A DNA stretch of 64,000 nucleotides from Pseudovirgaria hyperparasitica. Its lineage: Eukaryota. The translations under genes and the position numbers were made by a program. The DNA lies in NCBI GenBank assembly GCA_010093815.1, contig ML996572.1. One strand, 5' to 3'. Positions 37,679 to 51,500 of this stretch are shown here, piece by piece. Numbering within the stretch: position 1 is the stretch's first letter; the number at the start of each line of letters is the position of its first letter. Under the pieces are notes generated by a model that saw only the letters and a program-made list of their open reading frames with translations, was not told the origin of the DNA and searched no databases.

Positions 37679-38964
37679 TCAATGCCATGCCTCAAAAACG
37701 ACCTTTTGGACCTTCATGCTGTCAAAGAGCTCGTACCCCTCTACGGCCTTGGAAAGGGGCATGATGTTTTCGGACATGAACCTGATCATCTATGCATCAG
37801 TAGTTGCATTCGGAATCTGCAGGATACTGCACTCACCCTAGCAGATGCTGCTTCTTCGCTAGCTGCTCAAGCGCTTCAGGAAAGATTGATCGCACCGGGC
37901 AGCGACCCATTTGTATCTTCAAATTCTTGCCATAAGCCTGATTGCCAGTCCACGGGATCTATCGATGTTTAGCATGCGGGAGTTATACATGCTGACACAC
38001 TCATCACTGACCTCTCCGTTGTGAACGCCAACACTGCTGATGACACCCCAAGGTCGCAGAATCTCAAAGCCCATTTGCAGCGCTGGGCTCAGACCGACCA
38101 CCTCGATTACAATATCGGCCCCCCGACCATTCGTCGCCTCCTTGATACGCCTATCAAGCCCTGCCCGGTCAGTCTGGAAGTTGAGGGGCTCTGCACCCAA
38201 CGACTTGGCCAGGTCGAGTCGTGACTGGACGGAATCAACAGCGAATAAATGCTTTGGCTTGTGGTCTTCTGCGTTGATCAGGGCACAGAGACCAACAGGT
38301 CCGCAGCCGATTACAACAACGGTCGACTCGGCAATTTCGTCTTTGCTGAGTCCTTTGAATGCATTCTTCGAAGCGAAATAACCGGTAGGAAAGATATCTG
38401 CCATCAGTACTAGAGCGTTCTTCTCTATCGACGGAGGCGCCTTCATCACTGTCGCGTCGGCAAGAGGTATGCGAATCTAAGCAAATGATTAAAGACTGCG
38501 TTACAACCACACAACAGGTAGGAAGTCTTGCTCACGTATTCGGCTTGGCCGCCCTCGAGTACCGCAGAGCCGTAGAGTAGACACTTTTCACAGCGCGACG
38601 AGAACCCACGCTTGCAATAAAAGCACTCTCCACAAGACGTCGTAAACGGGGAGACAATTGAATCCCCCTTTTTGAAGTTCTTGATTTCACCGCCAATCTC
38701 TTCTACCGTTCCCGTGAATTCATGTCCCATAATAAACCCAGTAGGACTCTTCTGATGTCCTCGAAAGACATGAAGCTCACTGTCATCAGTTAGTCTTCAG
38801 GTCAAGCTGAAGCACGTGCCGCGTTACCTTCCACATAAGGCAGTATACTCTATTTTGACTATAATGTCGGTGGGCTCCTCGATCTTGGGCGTTGGTCGGT
38901 CCTCTAACTCGACTTTTCTCACGCCCTTGAAGACAACGGCTTTCATGGTCGGTGGGAGCGTCAT
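37679..38964 (-). CDS. Zinc-dependent medium-chain alcohol dehydrogenase
   Basis: MKAVVFKG, TALCG/SELH, GHEFTG, CGECFYCKRGFSSRC, ADIFPTG, VIGCGPVG; several short introns. Confidence 0.92.
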
Positions 38965-39486
38965 TGTCAATAAGTCCAGTACGATTGGTATATATACTTC
39001 CAGCTATCGCAACTTCGTGGCCAAAACGACGTTGTTAGAGAGAGGAAATCAGGGCGGCATCTTCGGGATTAGCCTTTGACGTAGAGCCTAGGTAGTTCTA
39101 CCCGAATTACCGACTTTGACTGTCAGTCTTTATGGCCGAGGGGCCCAGCCTCCTCAGGTTTAGAGGCAAGCCAATCACAGAGGTGGGGTAGCTTTTGCTA
39201 GTGGACTACCTAGCAACCCAAGCTATAACACAGTGAGTGCAGCCGTGATACAACTACAACTTCGCAGGTACAATGCGACACTGCCGAATGTAAATCATGA
39301 ACTTATCCCGAGACTTTCATTGAGAATGTGCCCTGAACATGTGTCTTTTTTACAGTTTACAGTGAGTGTGCCCAAATATGCGCAGAGGAAGACCTTGAGC
39401 CGACAACCGAAATTCCGTGGCAAACGCCATACTCAAGAGACACCTGAACGCCAACTGAAGTCGAAGTGGAAAAGCCAAGAGCATTC

Positions 39487-39878
39487 TCATGTGACTTGGC
39501 ACAGTAGTTCCGCTTCGAGGATGAATTTGCTTTCTTTATATTTCTCCGAAGCCTCGTAAGCTTTGTCGTATTTCCAACCCACCGTATCTTTGCATTGCTT
39601 GCAGCGTATGTCACGAACGATGTGGCGTCCTGTGGTCATTGTTCGTTCCGTAGGATCACCTTCCACGATGTTCACGACAGAGTCGAAGAGGTACGCTTTG
39701 CCATGCTGGCCACGAAAGTTCTAGGTAGAGTAAGGATCAGCAAATGTCAGGAGTGTCTTTTAATCGCCAGGCTGCATACCCGGCTGATTATATCATCGTG
39801 GTTGGATAAATGTGTCTTGCAGGTCCGACAGCCGTAAATCCGGTTTGAGTTCAGATAGACGTTGTAGGACAAGCCCAT
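39487..39878 (-). CDS. MOH1: Yippee-family zinc-binding protein
   Basis: MGLSYNVYL...YGCRTCKTHL...SR/NFRGQHGKAYLF...MTTGRHIVRDIRCKQC...GWKYDKAYEASEKYKE. Intron 39721-39779. Confidence 0.95.
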
Positions 39879-41135
39879 ATTGTCAGACTTTGAGAGGACT
39901 GGGAGAGTTTGAGCGTAGAGAGAGACGGAGCCAGGCTTGATCTCAGAGTTATGCTCTGCGACTAGATCGATGATTCCGCAATCCTCCGCGACTGTCTTGC
40001 CTTTCTCGCTGCAGCTCACGTTAGAACTTTGCCTCAATTGTTCTATATCTTGACCCCGTTCATTCAACTAGGGATTCTGATGGTTGAGGGAGGAGTGCCG
40101 GTAATCGTGGTACTCAAGCTGGTAATTTCTCCAGCGAAATCTTGATATCGTTTCGCTTTCACGCTGCAGTAGGTGTTACTTGGGCTGTCAACAAAGTGGG
40201 GGCGTTAATGTAGCAGGACACGAGAGCAAGCGGATGTAATGAGAGACGTCAATGAAGAGAGAGGGTTGCAGCTTCACGGAAGTTAGATGTCAAGGGGAGC
40301 AACCGTAAGTTGGGCTTTACCTAAAGATATGGAACGTCCACGAGACAAGCGGGCGGATCACGTGTAGGTCAGCTGGGAGCGTATGGGTTCAGTATGCTTA
40401 TCATCAGTGTAGCGAATAGAGCAGAGTGTGATGCTTGATATGAGGCTTCAACCAATCCGAGAGATGTCGAGGATAGCGTGAAATGCATGTTTGTTGTTGT
40501 CCAAAGAAGCTCGTCCACGACGCGTCCTCAAGCTGCAAAAGAGCTGGAGGTTGAAAGACTGATGACGGAGCCAGAACCCGTCAAGCTCCGAACAACCTCA
40601 GGCCACAAGGTTGGCAATCGATAAGGAATGCGAAATCGTTCTTTATTCTGCGGCCTTTCTTTCCACTCCAAAGCTCAGCTCAGCCTGCACAATTCTTAGT
40701 TTTGCCATCCAGTCCGCAGCACTGCACCGGATATGTCTATGTATACACGTTTATGGATATGCGTCATGTAATAAGAAGGAACGCATGAGAACAGCTTTAA
40801 CAGTGATATTTTCCCAACGACAAGTGAACTGGGTTGCCTACTATAGTGAACAAGGTGACCCGGCGGCTGCAGCACGCACAAACGGTTTCTCGCACAGTTC
40901 ATTCGCTGCCCATACTCCTGGGCAAGGCCATGGATGCGATGCCAGAATGTTCCACCTACAAAACACAAAAATATCAATTCTCACTCCAGTCTCGACCTTA
41001 GTGTGCCATCATTTGTCTTTTTTAAAGTCTTGCGGCTCCACTCAACTGTTTGTGCGTGTAACTGGCTACCGTCCGCGGCTCTGAACCTACTACTCCCTAG
41101 GTATCCGTCGGAGTGGCTTAGTGAGCCGAACCCAG

Positions 41136-43282
41136 ATGCCTGTCAATCTTTTCAAGAAGAAGTCGAGAGCGCCAGAAGACAAAACTTCTGCCACCCCACC
41201 GTCATCTCCAGAAAAGCGATCGCCAACAAAGCCAACAAAGCCTTCAAACGACCGCGACCGTGACCGTGACCGCCGATCACGCTCTACCCATTCTCCGAAG
41301 CCTTACAGCGCTTCCCGCACAAACTCGCATCGCTACGACAAAGACACTCATCCTCTCAACCTTCCTCCACACGAGCGAAAGAGGCTGTCAGCCCTGTCGG
41401 CCGGTATGAGCGATCAAGGTACACCGACACCTGCAGAGGTCGATCGCGATATCTCCTCGTCGCCTGCCCCTACTAGTCCCGCAACTACACTTCCAGGAGC
41501 CTTTCCTAGCTCAAACGGAATCCGTAACGGTGCAGATGAGGTTGGACCAGCACCACCTCCACACCGGACCCCGACCAGTCCGCCGCCGCAGTCACAGCCT
41601 CAAGAGAACGCTGTAGATGCAGAAGCATGTAAAGCTGCCGGAAATAAATTCTTCAAGGCCAAGGACTATACCAAGGCTATCCAAGAATATTCAAAAGGTG
41701 TGCCGTGGCGAGGCTCATGAGAGAAGCCGTTGCAGAATATGCCTCATTCATTCTGCGGGTTGAACAATCGTTTGCTGACACAACAACTTAGCCATCGATG
41801 CGGATCCGAAATCGTCCACGTACCGCGCCAACCGTGCAGCGGCCTACATGTCTGCAAATCGTTTCGCGGACGCTCTTCGCGATGCCAAGACTGCCGATGA
41901 ACTCGAGCCCAACAACGAAAAGATACTATACCGCCTAGCTAGAATCTACACCAGTCTTGGAAGACCTGATGAAGCGCTTGACACCTACGCACGAATCGAT
42001 CCGCCTGCCTCAGCAAAGGACAAGGGTCCAGCACAGGCTATGCAACACCATATTCAGCAAGCGGAAGAGCAGTTGAGGACCGGAACGTCTGGGTCAATGG
42101 TTATTCACGGTCTTGACCAAGCAGAACGCGGGCTGGGATTCAATGTTGATAGGCCGCGGAAGTGGAAGCTAATGCGCGGAGAGGCATACCTCAAGATGGG
42201 GAACGAGAACTCTCTAGGCCAAGCTGCTAATGTCGCCATGTCATTATTGAGAAGCAACAATTCAGACCCTGAAGCGTTGGTGCTGAGAGGTCGCGTGCTG
42301 TACTGCCAGGGCGAGAATGAGAAAGCGATCCAACACTTCCGACAAGCACTCAACTGTGATCCCGATTTCAAGGATGCTGTCAAGTACCTGCGGATGGTAC
42401 AGAAATTGGACCGGACGAAAGACGAAGGAAACTCACTCTTCAAGTCGGGCAAGTATCAAGCTGCCATTGAGACGTACACCCAAGCTTTGGATATCGACCC
42501 TACCAACAAGGGCACCAACTCGAAAATCCTGCAGAACCGCGCTCTCTGTTACACACGGACAAAGGAGTATCAAAAGGCTATTGCAGACTGCACACGTGCA
42601 CTAGAACTAGATCCTTCGTACACCAAAGCACGCAAGACAAAGGCCAAAGCATTAGGCGAGTCGGGTAATTGGGACGAAGCCGTCAAGGAGCTCAAAGCTA
42701 TACACGAGGCAAATCCATCCGAACCTGGTATGGCCAAGGAGATTCGCAACGCAGAGATGGAACTGAAGAAGAGCAAGAGGAAGGACTACTACAAGATACT
42801 CGGGGTTGATAAGGATGCGGGCGAGTCTGAATGCAAGCGTGCCTACCGTAAGCTAGCTATTGTCCATCATCCCGACAAGAACCCTGGCGACACCGAGGCC
42901 GAGGCGCGATTCAAGGACATCAGCGAAGCCTATGAGACTCTTAGCGACCCACAGAAGAAAGCAAGATACGACAGCGGAGAAGACCTGATAGATCCATCAG
43001 AAATGTACAGCGGCATGGGGGGCATGGGAGGATTCGGCGGTATGGGTGGCATGGGCGGAATGGGCGGAGGCATGGGGGGCATGGCTGGCGGCATTGACCC
43101 CAACATCCGTAAGTCTTCTATCACCACTGTCAACAAATACAATGTGTTGACTAACGACTTGAATAGTGTTCGAGATGCTCAACAACCAAAGACCGCAGGG
43201 TGGAGGCGGAATGCCCAGAGGAGGGGGAGGACACTCGTTCTCTTTCAATACTGCTGGAGGCTCTCCATTCGGTGGCTTCTAG
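41136..43282 (+). CDS. DNAJC7: TPR-repeat DnaJ co-chaperone (DNAJC7/Tpr2-like)
   Basis: Multiple TPRs ([18 protein letters not shown]), J domain KDYYKILGV...HHPDKN, GGM-rich tail. Introns 41698-41791 and 43109-43166. Confidence 0.94.
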
Positions 43283-44024
43283 AATCCAGTCTGACACTGC
43301 ACAGCGCAACACACGGTTACTGTCCACGCATCACTGTTACCCGTCTGTTTGGAGTTCTGGGGGGATTATGGGACGCTCAAGCGAGCTGGATAGATCTCAT
43401 GAGCACTTGACGTTCGAAAACAGTTGGCAGCATGCATCTAATAATACGATGAGCATTCAATGTACAACAGCAACCTCTCGCGCTCTTTCTAGCAATAACC
43501 AGACTAAAACCGGCTCGAGATACTACTCTACATGTTGCTTTATTATCGTGAAATGCCCAGAGATAATGTCTGTTCTATGACAGAAAAGGGTAAGATTTGA
43601 CTATGACAGACGTCCATATATGCTACGAATGAGATCAGTGGAGACAAATGAACATATGCTTACTATCTAAAAATTTAAAATCAACCTTCAGGGGGCCAAT
43701 TAAGCTCAGCGGTTCACCGGGATGCAACGCTAGTAACAGGGGACTAAGGTAGAGCTGGGGTGCCACGCTAGCGCCGCCACAAGCGTGGGGTGCTGCTCCC
43801 AAGATCCGATGATGCCAGATATCCAAAAAGTGCTTGTGAGGTTACAGTATTCTCCTTCCATTGCTTCATCTGGCTTCGACACCATAGATCTCTTCACGTC
43901 AGCCATACACTGACAGTCACGCCTTTTTCGGTGCTATCTTTGACCTGTACATAAACTGTTCGCGCCTCTACATTTCTTGTAACTCACACAGCTGGTCAAG
44001 CTCATTCCGCAACTTGTCATTCTC

Positions 44025-45373
44025 ATGGCCCGCAAGAAAAACCCAACTCCAATGCGACGAGAACCCTCCGACATCTTCAATCGCTCCGACGGTGCCATCG
44101 ACAAGCACCTCGGCTACCGACAAGTCGACAACAAGGAGAACGGACATGCGAGTGGCGCTCTCACGGCCAACCACGCCGCGGGAGCTCAGAAGGAAGCAGG
44201 CCTCACAGAACTCGTCTTCTGTGTCGCAGGCATATACGCCTCATTGTGAACCTTACCTCCCTCTCACAGTCCCAATATGAGTACTGACTCTCACTCTCCA
44301 GTCTCACCTGGGCCGTCCTCCAAGAACGCATCACGACAACCCGCTACGGGCCCCCAGCCGCGCCAGAAACATTCACATACTCCATCTTCCTGAACACTGT
44401 CCAGTCCACCCTCGCCGCCCTCGCCGGCTACATCTACCTCCGTCTCTCCTCGCGCTCGTCTCCCAACAGTCCACCACCCATCTTCCCCTCGCGCGCAATC
44501 TTTCCCCCGCTCGCCCTCGTCGCAATTACGTCCTCGCTCGCCTCGCCCTTCGGCTACGCCGCCCTCAAACACATCGACTACATAACCTTCATTCTCGCAA
44601 AAAGCTGCAAGCTCCTCCCGGTTATGCTACTGCACCTCACCGTGTTCCGCAAATCCTACCCGTTCTACAAGTACGCCGTTGTCGCCGCTGTCTCCGCCGG
44701 CGTTGCTCTCTTCACCATCGCCTCGCCCTCCGCCGCCCGCAAGGCCTCCTCTCATTCCGCTGCCGCTGCCCTGCGCCCTGGAAACACCACCTGGGGCTTG
44801 CTTCTCCTCGGCGTCAACTTGCTCTTTGACGGCCTGACAAACTCCACCCAGGACTACATCTTCACTGCTTTCCGCCCCTATGGCGGCCCGCAGATGATGT
44901 GTGCGCAGAACATCATGAGCACACTACTCACAGGCGCATACCTGCTCCTCTCCCCCCTCCTCCTCGCCTCATCAACCCATCTAGGCGGCATCTTCAGCAG
45001 CAGCATCAGCAGCAGCAGCGAATCCGAACTCAGCGCCGCCCTGGCCTTCATCCAGCGCCACCCCCAAGTCGGCTGGGACGTGCTCGGCTTCGCGGCCTGC
45101 GGCGCCTTCGGCCAAGTCTTCATCTTCTACACCCTTGCGCACTTTTCGAGCCTGCTGCTCGTCACGGTGACAGTGACGCGCAAGATGCTGACGATGGTGC
45201 TGAGCGTCGTCTGGTTCGGGCATCGCATTCAGGGCATGCAGTGGGCGGGCGTGGGGCTTGTGTTTGGTGGGATTGGGGCCGAGGGGCTGATTCAGCGGCG
45301 GGAGAAGGCGGCGAGGGCGCGGGCGAAGAAGGTTGTGGAGGAGCAGGAGGAGTTGAAGAAGAAGGCGGAGTGA
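44025..45373 (+). CDS. HUT1: UDP-galactose transporter homolog (UAA family)
   Basis: CVAGIYASF/LTWAVLQER, LAKSCKLLPVM, LFDGLTNSTQD, GQVFIF, VTVTRKM, C-terminal KKAE. Intron 44246-44301. Confidence 0.94.
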
Positions 45374-45584
45374 GGGAGGGGATGTGGGATATGGGATGTA
45401 TGTAGGATGTGTGTGGGGTTGATACCATATAGATGCATAGGATATACATGTAGATGAATGAAATATCCATATAGACAGACGTATATGATATATTGATACA
45501 TTGATTGATAGATTGATGGACAGGACAGACATTGCTATGCCGCTCATGTCGCTCATGCAGACTAACCACGCCATCCTCCTATTT

Positions 45585-47768
45585 CTAACCCACAGCCTCA
45601 CTCTCCTTTAATAAACTCCCCCTATTCTCCTTCTCCTTGTCTTTCTCCTTCTCCACACTCCCCTCCGTCCTCGCACTCCGCCCCGAACTCGCCAAACTCA
45701 CCGAACTAGCCCCTCGACTCCGACCACTACTCCCCTTCCCACTTCCAGGACCACCAAGACCACCACCAACCTCATCCCTAACCTCCCTCAACACCTCCAA
45801 TCCACCATCCATCCTCCCCACACGGCCCACAAGCGCCGTATTCTCCCTCTGCAACTCCCCAACCCGCAACTGCAAAAGCGCAGCCTCCTTCTCCGCAATC
45901 AGCGCTCTCTGCACAGACTCATCCCGCTCGCGCTTCACCTTTGCCAGCTCCGTCCTATCCTGCTCCTTGCGCTGCCTGTCGAGCAGTCTGCGGGCCTCCT
46001 TTTCGCGCTTCGCCTCGAGGCGGGCCATTTCCTTTTCGTATTTTTCTTGCTGCTGCTTGATCTGGCGGGCGTGTTTCTCGCGGGCCTTGGAGGCTTGTTG
46101 TTCGCCTTTCTTGGACTCTTCGGCGGCGCGGCTCTCGGCGCGTTGGCGCTGCTTGGTGAGTTTGTCTTCGAGGTCGGTTCTCTGGCGGGCGATTTTGTCG
46201 AGTTCTTTTTGGTGGCGGGAGGGGGCTGGTGAGGGGATGCCGGAGTTGGTTGAGTCAGTGTCGTCGAGGGCGCGTGGTTCAATGGAGGAGAGGCTTGCGG
46301 CGGCGGAGTTGGAGGATGGGATCGGGGTGGATGGGTCGGAGCTGGATGCGAATTCGTCGGCGGAGGCGAAGGAGAGGGTTGATTCAGAATCAGAGGAGGA
46401 CGAAGGGGATGAGTCAGGGACGAATGAGCCTGGGAGGTGGGTCTGAATCACGGTTGGGAGTGATGCCGCGATAGAGGAGATGATGCCAACTGGTGCTGGC
46501 TGAGGATCGGATGCGGTAGGTATGGCGGTCTTGGAGTGTGTGCGACTTGTCGAGGGCCGGTCTGCGATACTTTCACCCACGCCGGCGAGGTAGGCGTTGT
46601 TTTCTACAACGCTGAAGCGTTTGCTTTCGATGCTCTTGCGGGTTGATTCGGCTGCGGCATCGTTTGGCTTACTGCCATCCTCAAGGTCGTTCTCATCTTT
46701 TGCGCATGCCCAATCCAGGAACTTGCTGGCGTCTGTGACGATGCTGCCGGGTGTGCCACGTTCTACCATGAAACGAGGTATACCGCCTCCAGGATCGCTT
46801 CGTGTGACCATTATCCACTCGACAGGATTGCGTTCCGCAACAGCATCATCTACGTCGACGTCGAAGTCTGCTTCAGACGCATCTCCAGTCTCGTCTGCGA
46901 GACTAACATTTGACGTGGTTTTCGACTTTGGAAGAGGTATCTCTCGAATCATCTCGACAGACTCGTATTGTCCTCGCACCAGGCCATTCCGCGCTGGAGC
47001 ATCTGGGTGCGTTACAGGTATCGAGACAATCAGAAAGTGACGTGGCACCTCCTTGATTACCTCTGGAGAATCGACGTGAGGTGCGGACTTTTCAGTCAGG
47101 GCGTTGTCCGAGGTCAGGAGTAATGTGACAAACTCTCGAGGGGCGACAGGACCGGGGAACTGCGCTGATAGCTGATATACTGATCACCTTGTCAGCGCGT
47201 TAGTAACCTCATGCAGCCGTATTGTCGTACCTTCCACTTTCCCAACACCGTCCAGCTCTACCTTCTCCAATCTCTTATCCCCGCCGATACCCCTCACGTT
47301 ACCCTCTCCTGGCGCGCCCTGCACAGCCAGACTCTCCGCAAACTCCAACTGCATCGCCTTCTTCCATTTCGAGAATCCCAGTCCCTCGTGTATACTTCTC
47401 CGCCCAAACCACGCACCATGCCTGTCTTTGCCCGCCATCTTATACACCGACATCTCGAGCGGATTCTCCTTGGCACTGAGCTTAATCGCCTTCCCCCAGC
47501 TCGAGTAGAGCTCCGCGTGTGACGGGTCTGGCGGTGGTGGGCGCGCTCTCGACACCGTCATGTCGGCAGCTGCGCTTGCTGGACGGGCTTCTGTGCGTGT
47601 AGGTTGTGCGGTGAGGAAGTCGTCGCCTCCGGGCGGCGGAGGCACGCTGTTTGCAATGATCTCTGCTTGGTCGAATACATTGCGGAGGAAAGGGCCGAGG
47701 TCGTCGATTGGGACGTCGGAGTAGTCCTTTGGCCGCAGCTGCGTGAGAGCCTCGTGGAGTGTAGACAT
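45585..47768 (-). CDS. DUF3074 / START-like domain protein with C-terminal coiled coil
   Basis: AWFGRRSIHEG, VYQLSAQFPGPVAPREFVTL, VRGQYESVEMIRE, NPVEWIMVTRSDPGGGIPRF. Intron 47180-47230. Confidence 0.9.
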
Positions 47769-48189
47769 GGCGAGGGGTGCAGGTGAAGCCTAGACAAGGA
47801 CTGTCTGGAAGATTCGGAGAGATGATTTAAGCGGATTCGGCGGAGCTGAGAGCATCAGATGTGGTTGGCGGTGCTGAAAGGTTTGGTGGTGTGTGTCCAC
47901 GGTTACAAACAGCCTGAGTGGGCGCAATAAGGAAGTAATAGCTGCGTCATGCCTCAGACGTAGTACAGCTAGTTAGCGCGCAGCAGTGTTCCTGCAGGCA
48001 TGCATAGCCGCTATATGTAGATTGAATTGCAGTTCATGAACCATTCACCCCACAAAACCACTTTACATACACTTTCCTACATCACATTACCTCATTAACA
48101 GAGTCCGCATAGTTATAGGTATGCACGAGTGCGCTGTCATAGCAGACCCGCATTCACGTTGTGTCTTGCTCGTCTGGCTTGTGAGGAGG

Positions 48190-48362
48190 GGGGTTAGGGG
48201 GGGGCCCTCGGGCGAGCTGCGTCAAGTGGAAAGGCCCCTGCTACGCCTGACTAAGCCCGTACCCAGGCGGGGAAAAGATTCCGGGCAGTGGTAAACGGGG
48301 TCATCCTGACCGCGTGGGTCGCGGAGTCCTCGTGCCGGATGGATACGTGACCAATACTAATT
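48190..48362 (+). other. Structured GC-rich non-coding element, probably the 3' end of a Tad-clade LINE (5'-truncated) or a derived SINE
   Basis: Several nested stems; layout GGAAAGGCCCCTG...GGCAGTGGTAAACGGGGTCATC...AATACTAA recalls fungal LINE 3' UTRs (from memory, unverified). Confidence 0.5.
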
Positions 48363-48584
48363 ATTGCAAGCTGATTGACTAATGTTGTTTTGATACAGTT
48401 TCTGTTGATCGATTGTGTGTTATATGCTTCAAACACAGGTGTATGTATGTACGCATATATATATACATGTACACCAAATTCGCTCGCCATATATACACCC
48501 TGTTCGCCGATATATATACAATGTTTTCGTCTCGCCATATTCGTCACATCGTTTAGATATTCGCTGTACAATCAATCGCGCAAT

Positions 48585-51500
48585 CTATCCAGCCATAGAT
48601 GCATCGTCGTGGTTCCCGTGCCTCGTTTCATCGTGCATGTACCCTCCGTCGGCGGCCATGTTTCCAGACGGCAGATTCCCAAAGTCTCCAAACCCCATCC
48701 CACTCGCTGTGCTGAAAATCCCGTCGTCGCCGAGATCGGGTGGGTCTACGTTGAACGGCATAAACCACCCATTGCCTGGCTCCAAAGTTCCGCCACCGTA
48801 ACCACCACCAAAAGGCGCAAGGTCGCCGTTGTAGTATGTCTGCATGGCAGCTTGAGTCATAGGGTCAAGCTGGGGGAAATGATTGGATAGGTCGATTGGT
48901 GTGTGCGTTGAGAGTGGGGACTGCTGGTGTTGGTGTTGTTGCTGAAGCTGCTGGTTGATGAGGTATGCTGTTGCGGCAGAGGCATCGAAGGAGCTGCCTT
49001 GGCGGTTCTGCTGCACAGGGGCCGACGTGGGTGCTTGTTGATAGAAGGCAGAGGAAGCATCGAAATCTGTAGCTAGCGATGGGAGAGGCATTTGTGTGCG
49101 CTGTGTGGTGTTTGCACTTGGTTTGGGCTGTTGCGCAGATACACGGCGATTCTGGGCGATGACATTCTTTCCCTTTGAAGCTTTGGCCTTCTTGGCCATC
49201 TTTTGCTGTGCTTCTGTTCCCGTAGGTGGCGACAGGGTGGCGAAGAATTCTTCGACGGTTTGAAGTTCGGACTTTTGTCCTAGAACGGCATCGGTACCGG
49301 GCTCGCTCTTGTCACGGGTGATTGGGTCTTCGTAGTCGGTTTTGGACACACCATGGGGGTATCTATCGAACCAGTCACCATATTGGAAGATTGTGGGAGC
49401 GTTATCCTTGGCTGCTTTGGCGCCGCGTAGGTTCGCATCGGCGTGTTGGCGGTAGAGATCCTTCAGGTTCTCTGCAACAAAGTGGAACATGCCCCAGACC
49501 TTCTTCATCTTGCTGAGGTACTTTACATTGCAAGCAAGGTACTTCTTCGAACTGGCCTCGAGGGCAGGGTTCTTGGAGAAGACGCCGTGTACATGAACGG
49601 TGCTGGAGAAGAAAGCAGAGTAGCCGGCAAAGGGCGCAGTGACGTTGTGGTCGAGCGACTGGTTAATCAAGATGGAAATCTGATTGGCGGCATCCAAAGC
49701 TTTCTTAGCAGCTCCCTGAACAAAAGATTTTGGCATTTCAGGCGTCGCACGTAGACCAGTCAGATTGGGCAGCGCGAAGCGGTTCATGAACAGAATGATC
49801 TGGTGGTAAAGTATATGTAGGTAAAGAAATTGATTTGCGGTTCGTTCAGAGGCGTGTGTTTGTAGATTATCCTCGTTGTAATGCAGCGCCTCGGGCAAGT
49901 CCGACATCCATCTCTCCGTCTGATTTTTGATGTTGCTGAATTCTGATTGATCATCCCACATCGGATGGGGATCCTTTGCTTTCCCGCCCAAATTGATGTA
50001 CTTGATGACTTTGCCCCATATCGTTACCAGTCGTATCATGTATGCCATAGCTCCCATATTTTCTTTGGGGGACTGGTCTTTAGCCTCTTCAGTTGAGGGT
50101 GATGGTTCGTTTGGCGACACGTCAAGTGCTTCGGTCGGTCCTGCGATTTCCATCTGGAAGAAGTGTTCTTTAATGGGTAATTGTGCGACAATGAATTGCT
50201 CGCTGACAAAGAGCGGTCGGTCTGTGCCTGACGAATTGAAGCGGTCCATAAGAAAGCAGGACCACATTGTCCGTCGCCGGATCTCGCGATCAGTAAAGGA
50301 CAATTTCGAGTGCTCGCCCACGCGTGGGTCATAGTCGAGGTCGCGATGAAGCTGGAGAGCGTAAGCCATTCTTTGTGCCATTCCGCCAAACATCCAACTC
50401 CGACCACCCTGACATGTGCCAAACTCATGCAAACCCAGCAGTAGATATACGATCAGAATCGTAATGTTTGGCGTATCATATCTTTTCAGGGCAATCTCGC
50501 GTGCTTTACTCGCATACGTCTCCCCACGCAGGAAAGCAGGCTCTGTTCGGAGAGAGGGATGGGTTGAGAACCTAGCAGATATGGCGCATACTGCAAGCAT
50601 AAGCACAGGTGGCACTTGACCTGTACTTAGCCTGCACATGAAGCTTGGTTTGTGTAAGAGGGGATAACTTTGGCCATAGACGTGGTCAAAATATACTTCG
50701 GCGAGATGTTCTTGGAGCTCTTTCGATGGCAAGCTCTCAGCTCCATCCGTGAGCAGCAGATTTTCGTCTGCATCTTGACCCTTCACTCCAGTTAGGTCGG
50801 CAGGGTTCGTAGGTCTTGATTTTGACCATTCATCAAGTTCGTTGCCAAAGGCCTCTTCGGCTTGGCGCTTCTTTGAGGCTGCGGGCTTGGCAGGTGCAGT
50901 GGGTATGGGCGGCCTGACTACCGAACGACCAGAGGCAGCCACAGTCGCCTGGTTCTCCTTGGGCACGAGCTTGATGACACGATCTTCCATCCTCTTGAGG
51001 CGCTTGTCGAGCATGGCCATATAGTCGGTGCGGGGAGCGGCTTTGCGAGTGGTGACCTTGTAGACGCACGGTATCCGCGACCGTAGACAGTGCTTGCAAG
51101 CGGGCTTCTCACCAGAGCAACGTATCTTCTTTCTCCGACATGCGATGCATGCAAGTGGTAACCTTTTGCGCTCTTTTCCGGCCTTTGTCTTCATCTCGCT
51201 CCAAGCAGGAGCATCATCCCCAGTGGCATCTTTTCGAGTCGACAGCTGGTCCAGAAAGTCCAAATCGCCTCCCTCGGCGTGCAGACCGGAGTCGTCTGAG
51301 ATTTCCGTCCGCATTGCAACGCTGGCGCTGTAGTTGCGATCGGGACTTTGGATCTGATCACGGCCATCGAGACTTGCCGGTTGTATGTCGGAGGGGCTGC
51401 TGGTGGTGGTCTGGTGACGGAGAGAGATTGCGGAGCGGGAGTCTGAAAGATTAGATATTGAAGGTCGATGTGGAAGTGGAGATGGAATGGACTTGGCAGA

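Noticed and set aside
17128..38964. Secondary-metabolite cluster (FAD oxidase, 2OG dioxygenase, ADH)
   Set aside because: The genes are dispersed among housekeeping genes and no PKS, NRPS or terpene synthase is present.
45637..47040. Long antisense ORFs opposite DUF3074 (and similar ones opposite HUT1 and the KH gene)
   Set aside because: Shadow frames produced by biased codon usage of the real genes.
48225..48310. RNase MRP/P RNA or hammerhead ribozyme
   Set aside because: GGAAAGGCCCC and AAACGGGGTCAT only loosely echo MRP conserved regions and are too close together; CTGACTA does not fit the hammerhead CUGANGA core.
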